A stretch of DNA of 64,000 bases from Clostridia bacterium (lineage in GTDB: Bacteria > Bacillota > Clostridia > Oscillospirales > CAG-272), in NCBI GenBank assembly GCA_017407835.1, contig JAFQVV010000032.1, positions 20,353-84,352 of the forward strand. The letters run 5' to 3'. The position numbers and the translations under genes are program-made. The notes under the pieces are model-generated. The model made no database searches and was not told the DNA's origin. It saw only the letters and a program-made list of their open reading frames with translations. Shown in pieces: positions 9,684 through 18,031 of this stretch. Numbering within the stretch: position 1 is the first letter of the stretch; each line of letters starts with the position of its first letter.

Positions 9684-10662
9684 CAGTTTGTGTGTTTTCC
9701 TTTATATCGCTTATATCGCGTAATATATCCTCATCTCCGTCCAGAAAGGCATTGAGGACACGGTAGGCATCGCGTACTGCATCGAATACCGGTGGGAGCG
9801 AGAAAAAACCGTGCAGAGCATCGGGGGCTTGGTAGTATACAATCGGGACGTCGTCTTGCTTCAGCCGTTCGGCATAAGCCGAGCCTTCATCGCGCAGGGG
9901 ATCGTATTCGGCGGTGATGAGCAGAGTTTTGGGCTGCCCATGCAGATCGGGGGCGAGGAGAGGAGAAAAATAGGGGTTTTGCCGATCTGCCTCACTTCGC
10001 ATATAGAGTGCAAGATAATCGGCAATATTGGCGGCGGTCAACAGATAGCTGCGCCCATTTTCGCGCACCGAGGGAAAAGGAGACTGGGGACCGAAGTCAC
10101 TTTGTACCGCAGGATAGAGCAGGATTTGACGCCGCGGCATAAATTCACCTCGGTCAGCCGCCATCAGAGAAACAGCTGCTGCCAAATTTCCGCCTGCGCT
10201 GTCTCCGATGAGGATAATGTCCTGCGGGCAAGCTTGCAGGGGAGAATTCTCCTCGGCGCAGACCGCAAACAGCGTGCGTGCAACGGCATAGCAATCTTCC
10301 AATCCAACAGGAAAGCGATGTTCGGGGGCAAGTCGGTAGTCCACCGACAGTACGCGCCGTCCCGTCATTTTGGCAAGTGTACCGCAGGTTTGGGTATAGC
10401 TGTCGATGTCGCCCGAAACCCATCCGCCGCCGTGGAAGAAGAGAAAAATGTCCTGTGAACGAAGCTCATCGGGAATAAACAGACGCACAGGGATGGGGTA
10501 ACCATCCCGCGTGACGGTGTGATCCCATGCCTGCCAGAGAAATTTCATGGAAGGATGAAGCAACCGCTTGGCGGCACGGTCCAGACGGTAATTTTTTTTG
10601 ACGTCGATGTTGGGGTAAGAGAGGAGACGAAGTGCGGCGGCAGCCAGACGGTTGATAGCCAT
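9664..10662 (-). CDS. Alpha/beta hydrolase, hormone-sensitive-lipase-type esterase
   Basis: HGGGW oxyanion motif, GDSAGG nucleophile elbow, DPLRDEG and HGF. Start trimmed to the ATG at 10662 (MAINRL) after GGAG. The stop overlaps the next gene's start by 20 nt. Confidence 0.8.
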   Translation of the reverse strand: MAINRLAAAALRLLSYPNIDVKKNYRLDRAAKRLLHPSMKFLWQAWDHTVTRDGYPIPVRLFIPDELRSQDIFLFFHGGGWVSGDIDSYTQTCGTLAKMTGRRVLSVDYRLAPEHRFPVGLEDCYAVARTLFAVCAEENSPLQACPQDIILIGDSAGGNLAAAVSLMAADRGEFMPRRQILLYPAVQSDFGPQSPFPSVRENGRSYLLTAANIADYLALYMRSEADRQNPYFSPLLAPDLHGQPKTLLITAEYDPLRDEGSAYAERLKQDDVPIVYYQAPDALHGFFSLPPVFDAVRDAYRVLNAFLDGDEDILRDISDIKENTQTDEASQK

Positions 10663-10805
10663 GATTTTGCTCCGTTTGATCAAAGGTGAAGCGAGGGTAA
10701 AATAATCCGTATACAGTATACCACAAAACATCGTGTTTTTCAACCGACATTCGTAAACTTTTCGTGACGCGGCGTGCAAAGAAAAATCCCCGTCAAATTT
10801 ACGGT

Positions 10806-10834
10806 TTGACAGGGAGGGCGAAGTGTGCTATACT
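10806..10834 (+). promoter_or_regulatory. Orphan consensus promoter pointing into the 3' end of a convergent gene
   Basis: TTGACA (10806-10811), 17-nt spacer, TGcTATACT extended -10 (10826-10834). There is no plus-strand CDS downstream. Confidence 0.45.
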
Positions 10835-10844
10835 ATAGCCGAAA

Positions 10845-10871
10845 GCGGCTGCCGCAGTGTGCGGCAGCCGC
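10845..10871 (-). terminator. Hairpin terminator of the 10882..11490 gene
   Basis: Perfect 12-bp stem GCGGCTGCCGCA/TGCGGCAGCCGC with a 3-nt loop. The T-tract on the minus strand is weak (TTTCGG). Confidence 0.6.
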
Positions 10872-10881
10872 CCGAGATCAA

Positions 10882-11490
10882 TTAGTCGTAGTAGTAATAG
10901 TATTCATCATAGAAATCGGGATTCCCAGAATTTAATCCCTCTTCAAAGCTCTGAATAAATTCTTCCATAAATGAAGCATCGGTGAGGACAAAGAGCGATG
11001 CGATTACCGCGATAACACCAAATGCCGCACCGATAATGCCGCAGATCAATCCGCCCAGCGCCATGCCGGACATTTTTTGTCCCTTTTTGGAGAGAATGGC
11101 GAGCAGAATGGCGACACCGCCGAGGATGAGCGAGAACCATCCGCTGCAGCAGCAGCACACAAGGGATACGATGCCGCAAACGAGCGAACCGATGGCAAGA
11201 CCGTTCGCAGGTGCTTTTTTCAGCTGTACGGGTTGCTCGGGCTGTGCAGGAGGGACGGGTGGGATATTGAGCTGCTGAGGCTGCGCAAAGCCTGCGGGAT
11301 TGACGGGCTGTTCGCCCAGCGGACGGCCGGTTTGGGGATCAAATCTCGGTTGAGGTTCGGACGCCTCTGCAGGCTGAGTCAGAGGCCGACCGGTTTCGGG
11401 ATCAAACTTAGGCTGGTTTACGGTTTCGTTGGGCTGTTCGCTAAGCGGCCGACCGGTTTCGGGGTCAAACTTAGGTTGTTGGTTGTTCAT
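10882..11490 (-). CDS. Repeat-containing membrane protein (DUF4190-like C-terminal TM domain)
   Basis: Three QP(K/R)FDP(E/Q)TGRPL repeats, then a Cys-rich double-TM segment (GSLVCGIVSLVCCCC...) and an acidic YYYYYD tail. RBS AAGGAGG. Confidence 0.6.
   Translation of the reverse strand: MNNQQPKFDPETGRPLSEQPNETVNQPKFDPETGRPLTQPAEASEPQPRFDPQTGRPLGEQPVNPAGFAQPQQLNIPPVPPAQPEQPVQLKKAPANGLAIGSLVCGIVSLVCCCCSGWFSLILGGVAILLAILSKKGQKMSGMALGGLICGIIGAAFGVIAVIASLFVLTDASFMEEFIQSFEEGLNSGNPDFYDEYYYYYD
11305..11478 (-). repeat. Three in-frame tandem coding repeats
   Basis: QPKFDPETGRPL / QPKFDPETGRPL / QPRFDPQTGRPL units, spaced about 20 aa apart in the translated ORF. Confidence 0.8.
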
Positions 11491-11593
11491 TGCAAGGCCT
11501 CCTTGTTGTAGTTTTCTTTAATGATAGCATAATTTTGTCGGTTTTGCAAGATTTTTTTGTATTTTTTTATTTGCATGTCGAAAGGAGATGCCG

Positions 11594-12067
11594 ATGATGG
11601 ATAAAATGACACGTGAGCGGGATCTGCGCATCTTGCGCAGTACATTGATTGTGTTCAGCGTTGGGGCAATCGTTGGCATTGGCGCTTGTTATCTCTATTT
11701 TGCACTGGCGAGACGCTATCCCTTTCTGACGGTGGGGTGTGCGATGAAACAAATTTTGCACATCTATTGCCCCGGCTGCGGCGGTACACGGGCTGTGCGG
11801 GCGCTGCTGTTTGGACAGCTCGGAGAATCTCTGCGTGCCAATCCCATTGTGCTTTGGGGGGCGGGATTGCTTGCTGTGCAATATGTGCGGACAATCCGCG
11901 CACTGGTACGGCGTGATCCTGCGTGCTGCAGGATTCCGGCGTGGAGCTGGATCAGTGTAATTGTCATTTTACTGGTGTTTTTTGTGGTGCGCAATGTGCT
12001 GCTGATCGGGTTCGGCTACGATTATTTGGGAGACAACCTTGCTTTTTGGGAAAATTTTCGTGCGTGA
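11594..12067 (+). CDS. DUF2752-like membrane protein
   Basis: HIYCPGCGGTRAVRALL motif and TM helices. Start moved to the ATG at 11594 (6 nt after GGAG), because the track start at 11588 abuts the SD. Confidence 0.6.
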   Translation: MMDKMTRERDLRILRSTLIVFSVGAIVGIGACYLYFALARRYPFLTVGCAMKQILHIYCPGCGGTRAVRALLFGQLGESLRANPIVLWGAGLLAVQYVRTIRALVRRDPACCRIPAWSWISVIVILLVFFVVRNVLLIGFGYDYLGDNLAFWENFRA

Positions 12068-12100
12068 ATTGTAAACTCTTGCAATTCACGCACTTTTTTT
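12062..12100 (+). terminator. Intrinsic terminator
   Basis: 10-bp stem GCGTGAATTG/CAATTCACGC followed by TTTTTTT; overlaps the stop codon. Confidence 0.8.
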
Positions 12101-12251
12101 ATCTGTCCCTCTTTTTTTTTGCGCAAAAATGTGGTATTATATAAGATAGATGTAGATTGATGCGGTACAGGGATGACATTGCCATGGCTGCTTGTTCCTG
12201 TCTGAGGGAATCTGTGCATGCCGTTGATTTTTGAAACGGGAGGATTTGTGC

Positions 12252-13157
12252 GTGGAACTGTATATCGATGCGGACAGAGCAGGGAAGACTGTTTTCGATA
12301 TCCTGCGCCGTGAACTGGGACTGTCCACGCGCATGATGGCACGGCTCAAGCAGGATGAGGCGGGCATTCTTCTCGACGGTGAGCGGGTAACCGTGCGGCA
12401 GACTGTGACCGAAGGGCAGTGTCTGCGGCTGGCGATTGATGATCGGGAAAGTGCAGACAATATTGTGCCGAGCAATCTGCCGCTGGATATTCTGTGTGCG
12501 GATGCCGATTTTTTTGCCTTAAACAAGCCGCCCGATATGCCAACGCACCCTTCGCATGGGCACTATACCGATACACTTGCCAACGCGCTTGCCTACCATT
12601 GTGCCGTATCCGGCATTCCTTTTGTGTTCCGTCCGGTAAATCGACTTGATCGCAACACCAGCGGCATTGTGCTGATTGCCCGCAATCAGCTTGCCGCCGC
12701 ACGGCTCTCTGCCGCCATGCAGGCGGGGCAAATCGAGAAACGCTATCTTGCCCTGCTGGATGGAGAGCTGATGCCCGATTCTGGCGAGATTTCCGCACCC
12801 ATTCGCCGCCGAGCCGAGAGCATCATTACCCGTGAGGTCTGCGGTGCGGGCGATGGAGATGCGGCTCTCACTCGCTGGCGAGTGCTGGCACGTGCCGATG
12901 GACACACTTTGGTTGAAGCTTGCCCCATTACGGGACGGACACATCAGCTTCGTGTGCACTTTGCGCATCTCGGCTGTCCCATTCACGGGGACGATCTTTA
13001 CGGTCAAGCCGCCCGGGATATGCCGCGTCAGGCACTGCATGCTCACTCGCTTGCCTTCCCGCATCCCACCGATTCTCGTCATATTCAGCTCATTGCTCCA
13101 CCGCCCGATGACTTTTGTGCGGCTGTGTGCAGATACTTTGGAAAGGAAATACTGTGA
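12252..13157 (+). CDS. RluA-family 23S rRNA/tRNA pseudouridine synthase
   Basis: HRLDRNTSG-type motif (NRLDRNTSGIVLIARN) and GRTHQLRVHFAHLGCPIHGDDLYG. GTG at 12252 is 8 nt after GGGAGG; the track TTG at 12231 lies upstream of the SD. Confidence 0.85.
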   Translation: MELYIDADRAGKTVFDILRRELGLSTRMMARLKQDEAGILLDGERVTVRQTVTEGQCLRLAIDDRESADNIVPSNLPLDILCADADFFALNKPPDMPTHPSHGHYTDTLANALAYHCAVSGIPFVFRPVNRLDRNTSGIVLIARNQLAAARLSAAMQAGQIEKRYLALLDGELMPDSGEISAPIRRRAESIITREVCGAGDGDAALTRWRVLARADGHTLVEACPITGRTHQLRVHFAHLGCPIHGDDLYGQAARDMPRQALHAHSLAFPHPTDSRHIQLIAPPPDDFCAAVCRYFGKEIL

Positions 13158-14284
13158 TGAACACCCCTGTCATTGATACAAAATATTTTCGTCCCGCCGC
13201 CCCCCGCCGCCGAGGCAAGGTTGTTGTCTTGAGTATTTATGTTCTGGCCGTGGTTACCGCGGGCATTCATGCTGCAGCTGTGTTTTGGCCTGCCTTTGCC
13301 GATTGGTTTAATCGTTATATCGGCGCCGGTGTGCGCGCCGCCCTGGCGTATCTGACGGGGTGGATTCCCTTTTCTTTTGCCGAGATGCTGTTGATTGCCA
13401 TTCCGCTGATCTTTGTGGTGATGCTTCGGATGGCGCTGACGCGCTACGGCGACAGCTGGCGCAGTGTACTGCGCTATTGCGCGGGACTTCTGGCGCTTCT
13501 GCTTTGCTTTTATATTTTCTTTGTCTGGGGTTACGGCACGGGATATCACGGTTCTACCGTTGAGGAAAAGCTTGATTTGGACCGTCAGCCCGTCTCAGCC
13601 GAAGAACTTGCCGAGACCGCCGCATGGCTGGTCGAGCGGATTGAGATTGAGCAGGAGAATATCACCTATCGCCCCGACGGTTTTTCGGTGATGCCCTACT
13701 CGCACAGTGAGATGAATGCGCGGCTGTTGGATGCCTACGATACAATCTGTGATCGGTATTCGTTTGTACAGCGTCTGCGCAGCCGAATCAAGCCCGTTAT
13801 CCTCAGCGAGCCGTGGACTTATACGCATATTTCGGGGGTTTACACCTATTTTACGGGTGAGGCCAATCTGAACATGAATTTCCCCGATTACACGCTGCCC
13901 TTTACTGCGGCACATGAGTTGGCGCATCAGCGGGGTATCGCCCGTGAGGATGAGGCGAACTTTATGGCATTCCTCGTCTGCACCGCGTCGGATGATCCCT
14001 ATATCCGCTACTGCGGCTATCTCAACCTCTACGAATATGTGGCGTCCGCCCTCTACAGCGCCGACAGCGAGCGGTATTTTGCTGTGCTCAATACCGTCAA
14101 TGCGCCGATGCGGGGCGAGTTGATTGCATACAGCGAATTTTTCGATCAGTACCGCGAGACGGTTGTCAGTGAGGTCAGCGGTGCGATCAATGATACCTAC
14201 CTGAAACTTCAGGGAACCGAGGGTTCCAAGAGCTATGGCCGCGTGGTGGATCTTGCGGTGGCCTGGTTCAAATCACTTGACTGA
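13157..14284 (+). CDS. DUF3810-like membrane zinc metallopeptidase
   Basis: N-terminal TM helices and a HELAHQRG (HExxH) motif. The ATG at 13157 overlaps the upstream TGA by 1 nt (TGATG). Confidence 0.6.
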   Translation: MNTPVIDTKYFRPAAPRRRGKVVVLSIYVLAVVTAGIHAAAVFWPAFADWFNRYIGAGVRAALAYLTGWIPFSFAEMLLIAIPLIFVVMLRMALTRYGDSWRSVLRYCAGLLALLLCFYIFFVWGYGTGYHGSTVEEKLDLDRQPVSAEELAETAAWLVERIEIEQENITYRPDGFSVMPYSHSEMNARLLDAYDTICDRYSFVQRLRSRIKPVILSEPWTYTHISGVYTYFTGEANLNMNFPDYTLPFTAAHELAHQRGIAREDEANFMAFLVCTASDDPYIRYCGYLNLYEYVASALYSADSERYFAVLNTVNAPMRGELIAYSEFFDQYRETVVSEVSGAINDTYLKLQGTEGSKSYGRVVDLAVAWFKSLD

Positions 14285-14314
14285 TTCTCATCATGATTGG
14301 CGGAGGTGAATGCG

Positions 14315-15439
14315 ATGTACACAAAATCAAAACGATGCGGCATTCTTGTCCTTGTGCTGATGCTTGCCGTTCTCTTCTGCACGCTGTTTTCGCTTGCCAC
14401 CCGTGCTGACAGCAGTCTGCCAACCCTCTATTGCAACGACGAGGTTTGGTATAAGGCAAAAATTGTCCCCCTGCGCATTTACCACAGCGTCTATGTGCCC
14501 ATTTCGGTGTTTGAGCAGATCGAAGGGGTGACGGTTACATTCTATGAGCGCAACAATACCGCGATGATCTATCGCAGTGAAAGTCAGTATATTTCCTTTG
14601 ACTTTAACCGCAATTCGGCATCGGTTCAGGAAAATGAACGCTTCTATCTGATGACATACGAGGAAGATAACGAGCGCTATGTTCCGCTGGTTACAACCTG
14701 CGAATATTTGGATTTGCAATGCGAAACCTATACCAGTGCGCTTGACGGTTCGATTTCGGCACGCATCTGTGACGGCAGGCAAACCAAAACCTTCGAAGAG
14801 CTGCTTCGCCGATATAATCCCGCAGCGCTTGACGGAGACATTGACACATCGGGGACGGGAGATATTACGTCAATTCCCGTATCCGGTGAACGCGTTGTTT
14901 TCCTTACGATCGACGGCTTGGGCGACGGCGATCGCATTCCGGCACTGCTGGATCTTTTTGAAGAATATTCGATTAAGGTGACATTTTTCATTACTCCCCA
15001 AGAGCTGACCGAGCAGGAGGAAACGGTGCTTTCTATCCTTGCCGGCGGACATACGCTGGGCTTCCTTGTCGAACGAGATTCGGCAGAAGAAGAGCTGGCC
15101 GCCGCCAATGCACGGCTGATGCTTCGGTTCAAACGGACAACGCGGCTCTACCGTTTGGCTGACGGGGAGCTTTCGGTGGAGGAGGAAAACACCATCGCAA
15201 ATCGAGGCTATGCCTGCTGGACATGGAATTATGATTTGGGCGTATCCGAAGATACCGTGCGGCAAACGCTTATCGCCTTTCGCCGAGCATTGCGAACTGA
15301 CAAAAATATTGTCCTGCGTGCCCAGCCCGATGGTTTCAACACGGTTGGATATCTACGTGAGTTTTTCAATTCTGCCGAGGGAACGCGTGCCTTTCTTCCC
15401 CTAACCCCCGCATACTATGCCGAGGCTATCCTCGGCTGA
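14315..15439 (+). CDS. Secreted protein with N-terminal copper-amine-oxidase-like stalk domain and a degenerate NodB (polysaccharide deacetylase)-like domain
   Basis: Signal/TM segment. The NodB-like segments are FLTIDGLG (canonical TFDDG), GGHTLGF (canonical HSxxH) and IVLRAQP (canonical IVLxHD). ATG at 14315 follows GGAGG. Confidence 0.45.
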   Translation: MYTKSKRCGILVLVLMLAVLFCTLFSLATRADSSLPTLYCNDEVWYKAKIVPLRIYHSVYVPISVFEQIEGVTVTFYERNNTAMIYRSESQYISFDFNRNSASVQENERFYLMTYEEDNERYVPLVTTCEYLDLQCETYTSALDGSISARICDGRQTKTFEELLRRYNPAALDGDIDTSGTGDITSIPVSGERVVFLTIDGLGDGDRIPALLDLFEEYSIKVTFFITPQELTEQEETVLSILAGGHTLGFLVERDSAEEELAAANARLMLRFKRTTRLYRLADGELSVEEENTIANRGYACWTWNYDLGVSEDTVRQTLIAFRRALRTDKNIVLRAQPDGFNTVGYLREFFNSAEGTRAFLPLTPAYYAEAILG

Positions 15440-15463
15440 TCGCGATAAAAGGAGTACAGACCC

Positions 15464-16177
15464 ATGAAGAACAACGAAAAAAAGAAAATTCTGATTGTCG
15501 AGGATGAGAAAAATATTGCAGAGCTGCTGGCGGTCAATCTGATGCTTGCGGGCTATGCGTATGAAGTGGCGTATGATGGCGAGGAGGGTTTGGAAAAAGC
15601 TCTCACCGGCGAATTCGATTTGATTCTGCTTGATATCATGCTGCCGAAAATGAACGGCTTTGAGGTCTGTGCCCGTGTGCGCCGCCGCCTCTCCACGCCG
15701 ATCATCATGGTTACCGCCCGCGAAGAAGAGAAGGACAAAATTCTCGGTCTTGATACCGGTGCCGATGATTATGTGACCAAGCCCTATTCCTTCAACGAGC
15801 TGTTGGCACGCATTAAATCCAATATTCGCCGTTCGGGCGGGGAGCTGATTGCCCCCGAGCAGAGCGCTGATGCCGAGCATGTGCTGACGGTGCGCGGACT
15901 GGTCATTGATACCGAGCGTTATTCGGTCGAGCGTGACGGAACCCCCATCGAACTCTCCAAAAAAGAGTATGATTTGCTCTCTTTTCTCGCCGCCAATCTC
16001 GGTCGTCCCTATTCGCGCGAGGAGCTGCTTGAACAAGTGTGGGGCTATGAGGGCTTTTACGGGGATATTCGAACAGTGGATGTGACGGTGTCCCGCCTGC
16101 GCTCGAAAATTGAGGTCGATCCCTCCAAGCCCGAGTACCTGTTCAACAAGCGCGGCGTGGGGTACTATATCAAATGA
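15464..16177 (+). CDS. walR: OmpR-family response regulator, WalR-like
   Basis: Receiver domain (ILIVEDE, LILLDIMLP, GADDYVTKPY) plus a winged-helix output domain. Close by eye to B. subtilis WalR. Followed by a WalK-like kinase and YycH/YycI-like genes. Confidence 0.7.
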   Translation: MKNNEKKKILIVEDEKNIAELLAVNLMLAGYAYEVAYDGEEGLEKALTGEFDLILLDIMLPKMNGFEVCARVRRRLSTPIIMVTAREEEKDKILGLDTGADDYVTKPYSFNELLARIKSNIRRSGGELIAPEQSADAEHVLTVRGLVIDTERYSVERDGTPIELSKKEYDLLSFLAANLGRPYSREELLEQVWGYEGFYGDIRTVDVTVSRLRSKIEVDPSKPEYLFNKRGVGYYIK

Positions 16178-18012
16178 TGGTACGAAGCTTATATGCCAAG
16201 ATCATTCTGATCATGGTCATTTTCATCATCACCGTCATGAGCGTAGTGGGCACTGTTTTGCTCAACAGTGTCAATCATTTCTATACCGAAGATTTTCTGC
16301 AGCAGATGGAGCAGAATTTTGCCGAAGGCGGACAACTGTATTCCGCGCTGACAGCTGCCGTTGGGGAAGAGAATTATCTCGAATCCATGAAGGCGGTTTT
16401 GCAGTCCTACAGTGCATGGCTGGGTATTGACTCATATCGGAACTATTATATTCTCGATGACAGCGGGATGATGCTCGATGGCTCGGATGAGACGCTGGGA
16501 CAGACGTTGCTCAAAACCCAGAACATGCTTGCGGCGATGAATGGTCAGCGGGGCAATTCCCGCGCCAGCAGTACCGATTATACCGATTATGCCATTCCCC
16601 TGTCGGGAGGCGGGCACAGCTGTATTATCTATATCAAAGATTCGCAGGAAGATATGCAGCAGCTGAACTGGATTCTTTTTTCGATTATTTTACAGGCGCT
16701 GATGATCGGACTGCTGATTGCACTTTTGCTGTCCTTCTTTTTGTCCAAAGCCATCACGCAGCCGATTCAGTCGCTGACGCATGGTGCAAAGTTGATTGCT
16801 GCAGGTGAATTTTCACATGAGCTGGATGTGCATTCCAACGATGAAATCGGTACGCTGACCGATACGTTTAACCACATGAAGCAGGTACTTAAAACGACGC
16901 TGGACGAGGTTGAAGGCGAGCGTGCAAAACTGGAGACGGTTTTTGCCTGCCTGACCGACGGTGTTATCGCATTTACCGACGATGGAAAGCTGCTGCATCT
17001 CAACGACAGTGCGCTTGAACTGCTCAACGACGGTGATGTGGAAATGGATGCCGACAGCTTCAGCCTTGAGCATTTGCTTGAAATTTTCTCGATTTCTTAT
17101 CAGGATGGCCGCTTTGAAAATCGCGGCGAAGGGGAAGTGACGGCAAATGAAAATGGCGAGGGAGAGGCAACATTCGGCGGTGTTGTTTTTGCCGGCCGCG
17201 TGCTGGAGGTTTCCTTCGGCCGCATCCGCTACAATGAAAGCGGACGGATGCACAGCGGCGTGATTACCGTTATCCATGATATGACCGGTCGGTATGAATT
17301 GGATAAATCCCGCCGCGAGTTTGTGGCGAATGTCTCACATGAGCTGCGCACGCCGCTGACGTCAATCAAGGGTGCGTGCGAGACGCTGCATGATCACCCC
17401 GAGCTGCCTGACGAGATCAAAACCCGTTTTCTTGAAATGGCAATTTCGGAGAGCGATCGTATGACCTCGATTGTGCGCGATCTTCTGGTGCTCTCGCGCC
17501 TGGATAATCAACGTACACGCTGGTCAATCGGCCAATTTGATCTCAACAGTTCGCTCAGCCGCATGGTGGATGTGATGCAGGTGGAGGCGGTTTCACGCAA
17601 CCAAACCCTGCAATTCAAGCCGGACGAGCCTCAGATGATGATTACTGCCGATGCCGAACGCATTGAGCAGGTCATCCTCAATATTGTATCCAATGCGGTA
17701 AAATACACGGCGGATGGCGGTACGATATTGGTTCGTTCGGGATATTCTTCGCCCGATCGTGTCTTTGTATCGGTTCGGGATAACGGTATCGGTATTCCCG
17801 AGGAGGATCAGCCCCGTCTCTTTGAGCGTTTCTACCGCGTGGAAAAGGCGAGAACGTCGGGAACGGGCGGTACGGGACTTGGGCTTGCCATCGCCAAAGA
17901 ACTGGTTGAAGCACATGGGGGACGAATCCTCCTGCGCAGTAAATTGAATGTCGGTACGCTGGTGGTCATTGAACTGCCGGTTGAGACCGCACTGAAATCC
18001 ACAGAAGATTAA
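16174..18012 (+). CDS. walK: Sensor histidine kinase, WalK-like
   Basis: Two TM helices with an extracytoplasmic loop, then HAMP and a PAS-like region. H-box SHELRTPLTSI, N-box, and G-boxes DNGIGIP and GTGLGLAI. ATGA overlap with the regulator gene. Confidence 0.7.
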   Translation: MMVRSLYAKIILIMVIFIITVMSVVGTVLLNSVNHFYTEDFLQQMEQNFAEGGQLYSALTAAVGEENYLESMKAVLQSYSAWLGIDSYRNYYILDDSGMMLDGSDETLGQTLLKTQNMLAAMNGQRGNSRASSTDYTDYAIPLSGGGHSCIIYIKDSQEDMQQLNWILFSIILQALMIGLLIALLLSFFLSKAITQPIQSLTHGAKLIAAGEFSHELDVHSNDEIGTLTDTFNHMKQVLKTTLDEVEGERAKLETVFACLTDGVIAFTDDGKLLHLNDSALELLNDGDVEMDADSFSLEHLLEIFSISYQDGRFENRGEGEVTANENGEGEATFGGVVFAGRVLEVSFGRIRYNESGRMHSGVITVIHDMTGRYELDKSRREFVANVSHELRTPLTSIKGACETLHDHPELPDEIKTRFLEMAISESDRMTSIVRDLLVLSRLDNQRTRWSIGQFDLNSSLSRMVDVMQVEAVSRNQTLQFKPDEPQMMITADAERIEQVILNIVSNAVKYTADGGTILVRSGYSSPDRVFVSVRDNGIGIPEEDQPRLFERFYRVEKARTSGTGGTGLGLAIAKELVEAHGGRILLRSKLNVGTLVVIELPVETALKSTED

Positions 18013-18031
18013 GGAGGTGTAATGCATCGGC

